The notes beneath the pieces are model-generated. The model had not been told where the DNA came from. It searched no databases and saw nothing but the letters and a program-made list of their open reading frames with translations. 64,000 nucleotides of DNA from Lama guanicoe (lineage: Eukaryota): contig MU054323.1 in NCBI GenBank assembly GCA_013239625.1, forward strand, positions 8,669,220 to 8,733,219. The letters are read 5' to 3'. Of the stretch, positions 18,161-53,280 are shown in pieces; positions within the stretch are counted from its first letter, which is position 1, and each line of letters starts with the position of its first letter. A program made the position numbers and the translations under genes.

Positions 18161-21100
18161 ATCCTCTCTGTGTCTGTGACCTGCAGTCACTTGCTGCTCC
18201 TGGGCTCTGGGCTGCCACTTGGCAGGGCGGTGGCAGGCAAGTGGCTACAACCTGACTCCCAGCCACAGTCTCACAATCCTCTTCTAACACCAAGTGACAC
18301 TGTCCGGGGTCAGCTGCAAAGAAATTAGCTCTTAGTCAGGCCTATTCTGGCCGCTCACCCTTGGGCCTGTGCACCCCACACCCATTAGACTTAGACCAGC
18401 CAGCTTGGTGGCAGCCCTTGAAAATCTGGAGGTACTGATATGGGTTTGGTAAGGTAGAGAGGGGAGGGAGGAAGCAGAAGAGTGAGACAGCTAGGAGACA
18501 ACTAACTGGCCAATACCTTTTTGGGTGTACACAGCTGTGAAACATAAGAACCTCCTTAGGTCTCCACCCTACTAGCGAAAGAAAAATCAACTCTAGTCCA
18601 CATTTCTTCTCAGAATTCCCTGCCCCCACTTGCAGGCACAGACCCAGTCACTACAATGCATTCAGCCAGCAGAACCTAGCCTGGCGCCACAACCCAGCAG
18701 AGAAGAAGAAGCAGAGACTAACGACAGCCTGGCCTCAGCCCCCGCCTCCTATGATCCCCTGGGTCACCTTCCTAACAGCACCCGTTCTCAGCACCAATTA
18801 CCAGGGAGATCACCTCCACGGCAGCCCCAAATTCCATTCCAGGCATCCCCAGTCCAACCACTCTGTTCTCCCCAACATCACTAAATAAGCCCTGCTAACC
18901 TCCTCTCAGCTCCTCTACCTTCAACACCCCAGTCGACAGCAGATCCGGGAAGAGTGGTGGGATTCAAACATGAGAGGGCAACGTGCTGGAGCCAGGGGTT
19001 CAGAGTTACAATTGTAGGGGCACTCTGGAGAGAAGCAAACCAGGCAGGGAACTGGGGGCAAAAGAAACAGTCCGGGAAAGTGGTCTTATCCCACTGGGGC
19101 AGACACCTACCTTAAGAGGCAATCTCTGTTCGTAGGCAGAGCTGCCTGAAGAAGCTGTGTGTCTGGAGCCGGGCAGAGGCTGAGGGTCTGCTCTATAAGT
19201 GGCTGAGGTGAGATGAGGAGCTGGGGGTGGAGTGAAGCTCAGAAGCTATTTGTTCTGGCCCCTTCAGGGAACCAATCACTGTGGTCCAAACGGCCCTATC
19301 ACCCTAGGGCCCCCAAACTCCAGCTCAGCCCCAGAGGCTCCAGAATGGGGAGCAGGGAGCTCACACTCAACAGCATTCCTGGGTGGATTAGGCTTTCACT
19401 GCAAGTTACACTTGGCACTGTGTGCTAGGGGGAATTGCAAAGGAGGAGCTGGGAGAAGATTGGGAAGTTGCCTTTCTGAGTACCAATCCTCAAAGAATAT
19501 ACTATTATCCTCAGAACAAGGACCAGAATCTCAAAACTGAAAGAAATCTTAAGAGATCACTATTACAACTCCCTCATTTATCGACAGACACTGAGGCCCA
19601 TGTATTTAAATAGCCTAACATGATGAGTTAACATTTTTTGAACACCTGCTACCTAATCCAGCAGTGCACTACATGCTTTATAAGCACTAGTAATAATAAA
19701 TATTGAAAAAATAACCATAGCTCTCACTTTCAAAACACTATGTCTCAGGTTGTGCACTTTACATGAACACTCTCTAGTTTTCAACTGTTACACAGCGCGA
19801 TACAAAACAAGGGAGAAAAAACGGTGTGGTGATTCACATGGCCCCTTCCTCCCAGAACCAGTGCAGGAGCAGAGTGTTAACTGTGGTCAGTCATTCATGG
19901 AACAAAGTTTAGATTTCAACAAATCTAGAGACAGATTAACATAAACTACATTTTCTCTTCTTGCCTACTAGGAGAAAGATCAGCCTAGCTGTCTTCCAGC
20001 TCTCCTACACTGTGCTCTTGGACAAATGTTGCCTGGCTGGTAAGATATGGCCTCACACAGACCAAACCTGATTTCTGAACCTCTTGGGGCCAGTGAAGAG
20101 AGGAAATTAGAGTTGGCAGCTCTTGGATCACATGTTCTACTGAGTCACAAATGTTACTCTCCAGAACAACGTTTCTGGCAGGCTAGTCTAGTCTAAGTGA
20201 AAGATGCCCTGGGCTTTTGTACATTGCAACATCTGGAGTTTTCTCACTTCTCTTTAGCAAGTTTTTACTGTTAGGGCAGAGATGACGGGAATTACTGGAG
20301 ATTAAGAGGTGAGAAGATGTCTGCCATGTACAAATAACAATGTGTAGAGGTCAAGGGCTAATGATATGGATAGGAAGGCAGTTAGAGAAAGGAGGAATGG
20401 TCCCAGTACAGAATGGAAAACACGTGTACAGAAATGGAGACCCTCTACTCCTAGGGTAAACTGGCAGGGCTTCCTGAGAATTCTATTTGCATGAAATGCA
20501 AAGAACCCCCCTGGATGGCTCAAGAAAGAAAGAGCCAGAAAAGGCAGCAAAAACTTGACCCAGTAGCAAAGCCTTCATTAAACATGATTCTAAGACAGGA
20601 TAGTGGCTTTCTAAAAACTCTACACTAATCTAAACCCCATGGACTTGCATCTCTCTGAGGGGGCCAAAAGTAAGAGCTGAGTTGTTTCACTATAACTGTA
20701 ACACACAGGGCACAAATAGTGGGCTGTGGGACCCTTTTTAAAAAGTCTAACATATATACATTCAAGAAAGAAAATCACTCTTCACCACTCTAACCCTATC
20801 CTCACTTTGGTTACAACTGGATTGCTCTGACTCCTACAAAAGGCAAAAGCGCCACCGCAGGACCAACCTTCCCAAAAAGATTCCTTCAAAATCTGTCCTT
20901 GTGCCTAGAATTCCTCAGGGTCTTGAAAGGCTTTAGGAACCCTCATTAAAATACTAATAACTACTAATGCCTTAGAAAATGGGCCAGCCCTCTGAAAGTA
21001 AATCATTTGAGGAGATTCCAGACACCTGGGGGTAGGTGGAAGGGAAGCCAGGCTACTAAAAATGAGCTTTGGTTAGCTTTCATGAGCTTTTGCTGGCTCT

Positions 21101-21198
21101 AACCGAAGCCAACCTCAGCCCCTCCCGGCGTAGGTCTCACTTTGCGCCATTCCATCAGGGCCCTGGGTCACCCAGGGCAGCCCTGGTCTTCCCCTTAC

Positions 21199-21261
21199 CG
21201 CTGTGGCTCAGCCAAGGCTAAGAAGGTCCCGTCTTCCCGAGATCAGCATCGCTCCCTTTTT
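21199..21261 (-). other. SLC5A6: Probable non-coding 5'UTR exon of SLC5A6
   Basis: 63-nt segment bounded by ccttcctag| and |gtaag on the minus strand, between the CpG-island promoter and the first coding exon (whose acceptor tttctttgcag| is at 18313). A further donor cag|gtggg near 21669 suggests exon 1. Confidence 0.55.
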
Positions 21262-21299
21262 CTAGGAAGGCAAGAAGATGAGGAGTTAGGGAAGCGTCT

Positions 21300-22350
21300 A
21301 TCCCGTCCCTACCTCCACGTGGGCTAGGGCTCCGGACGCCGCGTGGTCTCAGGACTGGGGTAAAGGGGACAGGGTATCTGGGAGTCCCCAGGCTCGTCTC
21401 CTCCCGCCGGGGTTTGCCCTTGGTCCGTCGCTCCTCCATCACCCGGTATTACCCTCTTTGTTTCCTGGCTTCTCTCCTTCCCTCCACATGCGAGGTGGCG
21501 AGACCACTACTGCTTCGCCGCTGGCGCCTCAGACCTTCCCGGGTCCCCACGCTGGGGGCCGGCTCACCGAGCCCATCCCTTCTCAGCTCCTCCCCGTCCC
21601 TCCCTGACGCCACTCTTGGAGCCTGTGCCCTGGCCCACCCCCTCGAGGCCCGCCCCCGTCCGGCCCACCTGCCGGGTCTCCGCACGTGGGTCCGGCGGCC
21701 GCGGGACAGCCAGCCCCGCCACACCAAGCCGAATGACAGTGGGGCCCCGCCCCCTGCCCGCCCCCGCCGCCATGTTTACTGAGGGCGGATGGATTGTCCG
21801 CGAACTGTTGCGGGACGCGACCCCGACGTCCGTGCGAGAGGAACGCAGGGCCGAGAGAGCGGCAGCGGGGAGGCCTTCGCTTAAGGGGGAAAAGGAGAAG
21901 GGGTTGGTTAGTCTCCCCGAACGAGGACTGGGGCGCTCGGAGAAGAGCGCTGACCTCCGCAAGCCGCAAAGCCCCTCAGCCTGCTCCGGGAGCACTGGCC
22001 TTGCGGAGTAGCGGGGCTGGAGGACTAGGCCCCGCCCGGGCGAGGGCGCTACAGGGTAGGGGCGGGGCCACACGCGCAAGTCTCGCGATCTCCTGGGAAG
22101 GACGAAGGGAAAGGAAAATGGCCCCTGGCAGGGTCTGCAGTGACTTGAGCTTGGTGCCCTGGGCTGCAGCCCTGCTCCTGGTTCTTATCGTGGAAAGGGC
22201 TTTGGCGCTACCCGAGGTACTGAAGCAAATTAGAGGTTGGGTTGAAACAGAATTGCTCGCCTGCCCTCGACTCTCCCCTCTACCCTGCCTGCCCGCAGCC
22301 CCGATTTCATCCCTGGGGCCTTGCCCGCGGTATCCCAGCCGGCTCCCACT
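21300..22350. promoter_or_regulatory. CpG island / bidirectional promoter shared by SLC5A6 and ATRAID
   Basis: GC- and CpG-rich region between head-to-head genes. It contains several GC boxes (ccccgccc, ggggcgggg), a YY1-type CGCCATGTT at 21768-21776, a CACGTG near 21683 and a TCTCGCGA motif at 22081-22088. Boundaries are approximate. Confidence 0.85.
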
Positions 22351-25300
22351 CCCGAGTACTCACGCTGCTGTCTCCCAGCACCTTCACCCAGCTGACGTCC
22401 ACAGAACTTTGAAATCTGACCCTTTTACTCCTTAATCTTTGAATAACTTTAAGTTGTTCTTTCCACAAACGAGTCCTCTGGCCATTCTGACGAATGCCAT
22501 ATATCGTGTGGTGGCAGGACTACTTTCTGTAATGCTTAATGAGTTCTTTGTGTACTTGCAGTTCTTTTACACCCTGCCAAATCGGGGCTGGCAGATTAAG
22601 AAGTCATTGGAGAGGTCATAATAAATATGTTCGAATAGTAATTCTCATAGATGACGTCCTTATCTGAGTGAGGTCTGGTACAGTATTTCTCAGGTGCGCT
22701 GTTTTGGCGCCTGGCTCCAGGGGGAAGAAATGCGTCTTCTAATAAACCTGACATAAAGGTAGGAGGACACTTCTCTTGTGTTAGAGGAATTCTGGAGAGT
22801 GTACTGACAGGTAACAGTTGATCCTCATTTGTTTTTTTCTTGGTTTTTCTTTCTGAAGTCCTAATAGTTTTCTCTTTTCTGCAGGTATGCACCCAGTGTC
22901 CAGGGAGTGTGCAAAATCTGTCAGAAGTGGCCCTTTATTGTAAGCGGACACCACAGCTAATGCTGCATGCCCGCTGCTGCCTGAATCAGAAGGGCATCAT
23001 TTTGGGGTGAGGGAAGAGAAGACACCCTTGCATACTGGAAAAGAGCTCCCAAACCAGATTCTTCGATCCTTGCCTGACTGAGATAAATTTTGGTGCCTGT
23101 TTTGGAGGCATTTAAACCATGAGTCTCAGACTTTTACATCTGTTATAGCATTTTTAGCTAGTAAACAACCCTGTGATTCTTCCTGGTTGGAAATGCATAA
23201 AAGTCATAATTTTTGCCTATTTTTTTTTAAAGGCTTTTACGGTTTTGTTTTTGTTTTTTGTTTTCAAAGCTTGTTTCTTTTGTTTATTATCAACTCTTTG
23301 GATTATTTCCTGTGTGTCTCCATGAAATGACTCTTAGCTTCCAGGACACTATGTAATATGGTTTTCTTCCTTTTCTGATTAATTCATATTTGTCTTTGAG
23401 GCAATTCCCCTTCTTGTCCCCTTACGTAGGTTAGTCTCTGCTTTTTTTCCCCTTTATACTCTTGAGAAGCCACCTATTACTATGGCTTCAGCTGTAACCA
23501 TTACAAAGGTGTCTCCCAAAACTAGATCTCTTTTAGTATCCTTTGACCTCTCTCCAAGCTCCAGGTACTTGTGGGTACCTCTTGATTCCTATTAGACATT
23601 TCCTCTTTCAGTGCGCCCTCACTTCAGACTCAAAATGTTGTATATCTTGCTTCCATTCTCCTCTTTTCTTAATCTACCTAAATACATCTTTATATTAAAC
23701 TTTATGAAAACCAATTTTTTTTCCATTATTACTCTTTGGTTTTAAAGTTAGACTTACAACTGTCTGTTGCCTTAGGATAAAGTTCAAACCAGGAACTACC
23801 ACAGACTGGCCCAAACCATCTTTCCAACATTACTTCAAAATATTTGTCCACCTCAATCCCTCAATGAGTGTCTGGCTTCAGCCAGACTCAACCTACTTCC
23901 AAAAGCATTCCACCTTTGTTTCTTAGGTTAGGCCTCTCACTACCTAAAATTGTCCTCCTCCACCAAGTTATGACATATCCATCCTTTAATCCCAACCTCT
24001 CCTGTGAATGCTCCCTAATACTAAATACCAAAAGAATATCTTTTTATTTTTTTACTTCCCTTAATCCTTAGTGTCTGTACCACTCAAATTTATTTATACA
24101 CTGTCCTGTGATTTCTTTCATATTGTAATTTAATGTTTATATTATTTTTATTTTTGATGATGGTCTTGTTCCCCTACTACACCGTAAGCCACTTGAAAGC
24201 TAAGATACTGAATGTTATTTTTAATTCTCCCAATTTTTGCAGTTAGCAGGCACTAAGTATTTGTAGAATCAAGGAACAAATAGTATGGTCCTTAATATCC
24301 AGTAGTTTACATCCATCCAATCTGTGGTAGAAGATGCACTTGGGGAAAACTTTCATTTATGTGACTTGAATTTTCTTTCCATATGAAAGCATTTTGTGGA
24401 TCTGAGAATCATATTACAATGTAAGATTTGCTAATTTGGACAAGAAACCAATTTCTTTCAAAAAATGCATAGGCATACGGGTAAGGACAGAACTGTCCAG
24501 TGGAACTTTCTGCCATGATGGAAATGTTCTGTATCTGTACTCTCCAGTTCAGTAGCCACTGGCCAATATTAGTGGTTACTGAAACTTGAAATGTGGCTAG
24601 TGAAAATGAGGGACTGAATTTATTTTCTAATTTAAATTAAGTTAAATAGCTACATGTAGCTAGTGGTGACTGAATTGGTCAATGCAGTATTAAAACATCT
24701 ATCACAGTACCTAGTTTGTGGCCCTGACACAGTTGTGTTCAGTTGATATTAGCTGAAAAGGGAGTTATATTAACTTACTGTGGATGAAGGGGAGAGACAT
24801 AGCTTAGTTTTGCTGATTACTTTATTTCCTCAGGCTGGATCTCCAGAACTGTTCTCTGAAGGACCCTGGTCCAAACTTTCCTCAGGCACATACTGCTGTC
24901 ATCATGTAAGTCATTAGTTATTCTCCCTCTCAAAAGGTGACTATGTCAAAGAGTTGATGGGAAAGTCTTTGAGGACAGACTCCTAAAAAGATGTTTGAAT
25001 ATTGTCTACACTTGGATAGCTCAGAATGAGAACTGGATTACCAATCCAGAAAGATATATGAATGGAAGTAGGGTGTTTTTCTAGAGCATGGTGCTAACAG
25101 TGTGTGCTTTGCAGAGACCTGCAGGCAAACCCCCTCAAGGATGAGTTGGCCAATGCCTTCCATGGCTTTATTCAGCTCCAGACTCTGTGAGTGAGAGTAT
25201 GGGGTGGGGAAGAGAATCAAAGAGGGGCAGTGCTGTGAGCTCAGCACCTTTAGGCTGCTTATTACATCTGTTTATGTTGTGTTCAGGATACTGCCACAAG

Positions 25301-26121
25301 ATGTCAACTGTCCTGGAGGTATTAATGCCTGGAATAATGTCACTTTTTATATAAACAACCAAACCTGCCAAGGACAAAGGAACCTTTGCAACAGCACTGG
25401 GGACCCAGGTATGTTGTCTCACCTCCACTCTTCTGCAAACTGCCCTTCCTTCCTTGTATTTTGCACTTTACTTCAGAAAGACAGTAAAATTGCCTTTTGT
25501 TCAAGTTTCTGAAGCTTTAACCCCTTGGAAAGAAAGGTCTTAAAATATATTTTGTTATGATGATGATGTTCTGATTATTTGTAGTTTTCTTTTGTCTTTG
25601 ACCTAGAAATAGTTGAGAGAATCAAAGTTGAAGTAGGTATTTGAGAAATATACCTAAATGAGATCCAGTGATGTTCTCTGTTTTTCTCTGGCTCCCAGAA
25701 ATGTGTCCTGAGAATGGATCTTGTGCACCTGATGGTCCAGGTCTCATGCAATGTATTTGTGCTGATGGCTTCCATGGCTACAAGTGTATGCGCCAGGTGA
25801 GAAATGAGGCCTTCTATTTAGAGGTAAGAGGAATGCATAGAACAAGGACCTCTCTGAAAGAAGAGCCATAAGACCAGAAGCTGATGCAAATCACCTAGAG
25901 AAGGAAACTAGAATTGCCCTGGGTGTAGGGGTCAGGTATACTAGGAAAGAACTGCGTGGTAGGTTGTAAGCCCTTGGTGTGACCCTGTATGAATTTTTTT
26001 TGTATGTTATTCACAGGGCTCGTTCTCACTGCTTGTGTTCTTTGGTATTCTGGGATCCACCACATTATCCATCTCCATCCTGCTTTGGGGGACCCAACGA
26101 CGAAAAGCCAAGGCTTCATGA
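22118..26121 (+). CDS. ATRAID: All-trans retinoic acid-induced differentiation factor (APR-3), 229 aa; signal peptide, EGF-like domain, one TM helix
   Basis: Exons 22118-22216, 22885-23006, 24834-24905, 25115-25186, 25287-25408, 25699-25796, 26017-26121 total 690 nt in frame with GT-AG junctions. Peptides include LVPWAAALLL..ERALALPE, CPENGSCAPDGPG..CICADGFHGYKC and C-terminal TQRRKAKAS. Synteny between SLC5A6 and CAD agrees. Confidence 0.96.
24488..24687. mobile_element. MER3-like hAT DNA transposon in ATRAID intron 2
   Basis: ctgtccagtggaactttctgccatgatggaaatgttct...gtggctagt...agctacatgtagctagtgg matches the MER3 pattern from memory. Confidence 0.65.
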
Positions 26122-26339
26122 ACCACACAGGTCTTACTATTGACCTAAAGATCATCCCCATCTATCTTAGCCCAGACAGGGAGATTTGCTTTCTAGACAT
26201 CGTTGGTCGGCGGGTCCTCACAAGGCAGAAGCCACCTTTGGAAGGAAGATGGAAACTCGCACAACTCGGGGGTGTTGTGGACACACCAGTCCTGGAGTGG
26301 ACTAGTCAGTCACCAGGTCCCATTTGTGCTGTTGACCAT

Positions 26340-26345
26340 AATAAA
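26340..26345 (+). terminator. Polyadenylation signal AATAAA of ATRAID
   Basis: AATAAA about 220 nt after the stop codon, followed by T-rich and GT-rich sequence. Confidence 0.8.
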
Positions 26346-26439
26346 CATTTTTTTTCTTCTTTTTTCTCCCCCAACACCTTTTTTCGGGAGGAAAGGCGCC
26401 CAGGCTTTGGCTTTGTGTGTTTCTTGGTTGGAGTGGGGA

Positions 26440-48284
<21,845 letters not shown>

Positions 48285-48542
48285 GGCCCAGCTCCTTAGC
48301 CTCTTCTCAGGCCCCGCTGCCGGGCATGGAATCCGGTGCCCTCCTCGGAGGCAGCACACTTAGTAGACGCTCTGGGGCCAGACAGGTCATGTGCTCCTAT
48401 GCACACACACAGAGACCACCTCCAGGCACTGGGCTGGACTGGAGCGGCCTAGCCACGGGGCTGGGGCCTCAGGCACTGTAGCCCAGTCAGCCCCGCCTCC
48501 CTCACCACACCTCAGATCTGTAAAGATACTTTTCACTGACGT

Positions 48543-48548
48543 AATAAA
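48543..48548 (+). terminator. Polyadenylation signal AATAAA of CAD
   Basis: AATAAA about 260 nt after the CAD TAG stop. Confidence 0.8.
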
Positions 48549-51500
48549 ACAGCTGAGCTGCCTCTGCTTCCTGCTTCCTTACATGTATTCCGGCTTCAGC
48601 AGAGAATGCTAAGTGTAACAGGCAGAGCTTTCTTCTAGAAAACCAGAACAGTTTCCTGAATACAAGGGCAGCCTTATGTTCTGGCCACAGGGAGAAGCCA
48701 GGCCCCGCATTTTCAGAGTCATGGCTCTGTGGGATTCCGGGTAGGAACACGCCAGTCTGTTGGTGCTCTCTGAGGCCTACACTACAGTGATACGTGTCCA
48801 GCCCTCCTTCCTCAGTTAATTTGCATGAGTCACGGTGAAAAGAGGGCTGAGCATCCGGGTCCTGACTGGTGAGGTTCATTATCCTGTAGGCCTTGACGCT
48901 TCTCTCCTGTCAGGTTAGTCCTCTCCTTCAGTGGCTGAGGCGGCCATTGCATCCTCAGAACCTCACTTAGATTTCTCCAGCTGCCGTCACTGGGAGGAGC
49001 CACTCCTACCTACTATCCCTGGGAGACTGCCAGACACTGGACTTTCCAGAAGGGACTAGGATCAGTGGGGCAGATGCCATGGAGGGCTGAGGAGCGCTTC
49101 GGCTTGGAAACCCTGGGGTAGAGGACTAGGGTGGAGCAGCCCAGGTATCTTAGGGCTTCTGTGGATCTTTCAAAGTGTGTGAGCTGTTCCTTTGCATGGA
49201 CTACAGTAGCATTAGAGAAATTTCATGATCCAACAGACTTTAACTTAGCTACTCTCTGGGTACAAAGCCCCATGTGCAGTGGGAGTATAAGGATGAACAA
49301 GGTAATTCTCACCCTCAACTTGGAGGCCTCTGAGGAGGTCAGGCATCCAGTGACTTCTACAAATTGAACTGCCACAGGTTGGCACACGATGGTCCACACT
49401 GCCACAACATCATTCAGGAAGAACCTGCTTTGTGGCAAAGAGCTATTAGTGTGTTACAGGGATGGGGAAAGGAGGCAGAACTTGTGATATGAAAACAGTG
49501 TAAGCCGGACTTTCCACATACTCTCATTTAATCTTACACCAATCTCCCAACCATTTACAGATGCAGAAATGCTCAGAAGAGTTACTGGGTGGCTTAATCA
49601 AAGTCACATCACTATGATTCACATTTTCAGGACCATTTGATTTCAAACCCATCTTTCTATTAAAACAAAATGGAAAAATTCATTTCAGGCTTTCAGTTCG
49701 TCCAAAACTAGTCGGAGAGACAAGCCATGCAAATCTAAACAACCAGAGAACAAATCTAAGGTGTCTGGGGAGACCTAGTTTTCAGAAGAGAGACCAGCAC
49801 AGATCTAGAGTCTGAAAGGCCTACAGAGTTGGGGTTTGGGCTGGTTTGGCAGGTGAGTGGGAGGAGGATGGAGACTCTTACTTTTCAGCTTGAACATGGG
49901 AGTGGTAGTCATGTGTCTGCAGCACAGTGAAGAGACACCCCCAAGACCCTGCAAAGCCTTCCTGCTCTATATTGTTAGGTTTGAGAGTCTGATGAGCCAG
50001 ACCAAGAGGTTTGGATGTAGATTCCAACAGAAATCTGCAGGGGTTTATGAGTTTATAACCACAGGCACTGTTTGAAGAAGGGTGGAATTAGGCATAACAC
50101 AGTCAGCAATCTGGTCCTGTCTCGTCAATGTTAACCCTTTCCAGGCTTTTCAAACCCTGACCCTCATGAGTTCTCCCTCAGGTACCCAGAGGACACCATT
50201 GGTTGGAGAGTATCATTTCTAGAAACCTACTCCTTTCTAGAACTTCAGTTACCCATCTTAGCCTATTCGAACAAATCAGAGATTATTTTCCCAAGTACTC
50301 GGGGATCTGTCACCCACAGATTCCCACAGAAGTCAGCCTCACCCTCTAGTAGAAGCCGTGTTTGCTGCCAAGCAGCACACACATTCCACTGAGTTGCTAA
50401 GTGGTGGGAGGTGTTCCCTCCCTGACCCTTTCTTTGGCTCTCCTAATCATAACACAGCTCTAAGTTGAATAAACTTCTTTCCCCAACAACCAGAAATGAG
50501 ATGACACTGGGAAATAAAAGGCTATCAGCAAGAAACGAAAACAGACCTTTGAACAAAACACCCATGTCTGAGCCTCTTCCACACCCATTAAGAAACAATT
50601 TCATGTGCTCCATGTGATCACCATTAACCATAAACAATTTTTTAAAAAATCAAGTTTCCTGGCCTCCTTCCCTCTTGAGATACTTAAGAGATTTAATCTA
50701 TTTCTTTAAAATAAAAAAGAAAAAATTAACATGGCTCTAATTACGTGCCAAGCACTGTTCTAGCACTTTATAAACATTAACATTCTTTTTTACTTATTCT
50801 TGGATGAACTCTTTAAATACATCCCCCTTTTGAAAAGAGGTCTGATATTTGCTGATTATCCTTGCAAAATCATTTGCCCCAACTCTTGTCTATCCTAGTG
50901 AAGAAGAAAATCCCTGGAAAATAGGTATTCCACTTGGAGCTTTGCCACCTTCATCCTATTCCTGCCACTTATCACTAACAACCTGCAACCACGGCAAGTT
51001 GGTGCTCCTTAGGGCTTTAAGTTGAAAGGGGAGAGTTGGAAGCTGCCAGCGTGGCATTAGTAGGTGTCTGTAATTCTGTAACTATATCTTGTAGACTACA
51101 GGGCAACATTACTGGTGGAGGCATGGGGCTGAGAATGAGGGCCAGGAGGAGATGCATGTATAGGGAAGGCCAGTCTGACAGCAGCATCTAGAGGAGACAG
51201 GGGTAGGAGCCATTCCACCACCAGGGAAGCCAACTAGGATGCTGCTGCACTAAACTCTGGTGATGGGTGAAAAGGGCCTGAACTAAGACACAAGAATGGA
51301 TGTTACAAAATACTAAAGGTAGGAAAGTGGAAAATGGCTCTGCAGTATGGGATCTTGAGATTAGGAGAGTGAAGGTGGCTGTAGACCAGGGAGCCAGCTT
51401 GGGATGGGGAAGGATGGACTCAGGACGGTACTCTTCAGCTGCTGACTTATGTGAAGATGTCCTGTAGATAATGAAGCTGGGGAACTGGAGTAAGTGCAAC

Positions 51501-52073
51501 AGAGATAAATGTGATATGTGTGTGTGATAACATAAGGGCCATGGGAACAGAGACGTTATTCACTAATATATCCCAAGCACCAAGGAAAGTATTATTGAGC
51601 ACAAAGTAGGTGCTTCATAAACCATTTGTTGACTGAATCATCAACATAAAGGTAACGGAAGCTCTTTAAATACGTGCCTCTGTATTTGTTCACCAAGAGA
51701 ATGGGAGCAAGAAGTAATGAGCAGAAGGCTAAAACCTGAATCTCAGAAAGAATGGAGGGGAACTCAGAAGAAAGCCCTCAAAGACGCCTAGAATTTCAGG
51801 CATGTGAGGTACAGGGAGAGGTGTTGGCAGGATCAGATCCCACAGTGGGCCGAAGAGAATGAAGTCTGAGGCATGGACTTGGTGATAAGACTTGTTACTC
51901 TGATGCTTGGTGGTGGGAAGGTGGATACCAAGTTTATGGGCTTAGTGAGGGGCTGGTTTAGAAGCTGAGGTCATTTGCCAAGGAAAAAGAGGTGTTGGGA
52001 TTAGAACCTGAAAGTCTAGAAAAGGCTGGGAAAGCTGTGACAGATCCTCAGAAGATTAATAAAAGGGTCACCA

Positions 52074-53280
52074 CATAAATCTTAGCAATGTTCTCCTAGG
52101 GCAGTCTACCCAGACAATAGAAGTAAAAGCAAAAATAAACAAATGGGACTTAATTAAACTTATAAGCTTCTGCACAGCAAAGGAAATCATAAATAAAACA
52201 AAAAGACAACCTACAGAATGAGAGAAAATATTTGCAAATGATATGACTGACAAAGGTTTAATTTCCAGAATATACAAACAGCTCATACAACTCAATAATA
52301 AAAAAACAAACAACTCAATCCAAAAATCGGCAGAAGGCCCACACAAGCAATTCTCCAAGGAAGACATACAAATGGCCCATAGGCACATGGAAAAATGTTC
52401 AATATCGCTAAGTATCAGAGAAATGCAAATCAAAACTACAATGAGGTACCACCTCACACCAGTCAGAATGGCCATCATTAAAAAATCCACAAATGATAAA
52501 TGCTGGAGAGGGTGTCAAGGAAAGGGAACCCTCCTACACTGCTGGTGGGAATGTAGTCTGGTGCAGCCATTATGGAAAACACAGATGGAGATTCCTTAAA
52601 AATCTAAAAATAGACTTACCATATGATCCAGCAATCCCACTCCTGGGTATATATCTTTTCTTTTTGCGGAAAAGATACACCCCAGTGTTCTTAGTAGCAC
52701 TATTTGCAACAGCCAAGACATGGAAACAACCTAAATATCCATTGATATGACTGGATAAAGAAGATGTGGTGTATTTATACAATGGAATACTACTCACCCA
52801 TAAAAAAGAATAAAATAATGCCATTTGCAGCAACATGGATGCACCTGGAGATTGTCATTCTAAGTGAAGTAAGCCAGAAAGGGAAAGAAAAATACCATAT
52901 GATATCACATGTATGTAGAATCTAAAAAAAAAAAGACACAAATGAAATTTTTTACAAAACAGAAACAGACTCACAGACAGAAAACAAACTTATGGTTACC
53001 AAAAAGGAAAGGGGGTGAGAAGGGATAAATTGAGAGTCCAAGATTTGCAGATGCTAACTACTATATATAAACTAGATAAACAACAAGTTTATACTGTAGA
53101 GCACAGGGAACTATATTCAATATCTTGTAGTAACTTATAATTAAAAAGAATATGAAAAGGAATATATGTATGTATATGTATGACTGAAACATTATCCTGT
53201 ACACTAGAAATTGATGCAACACTATAAACTGACTAGACTTCAATTTAAAAAAATAATAAATAAATAAAATAAGATAAAAT
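52074..53280 (+). mobile_element. 5'-truncated, relatively young LINE-1 (ORF2 C-terminus, 3'UTR, polyA tail)
   Basis: ORF2 peptide [14 protein letters not shown]...[16 protein letters not shown], an A-rich tail at 53246-53283, and TSD-like aaaagggtcacca (52061-52073) / aaagttgtcacca (53281-53293). Confidence 0.93.
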
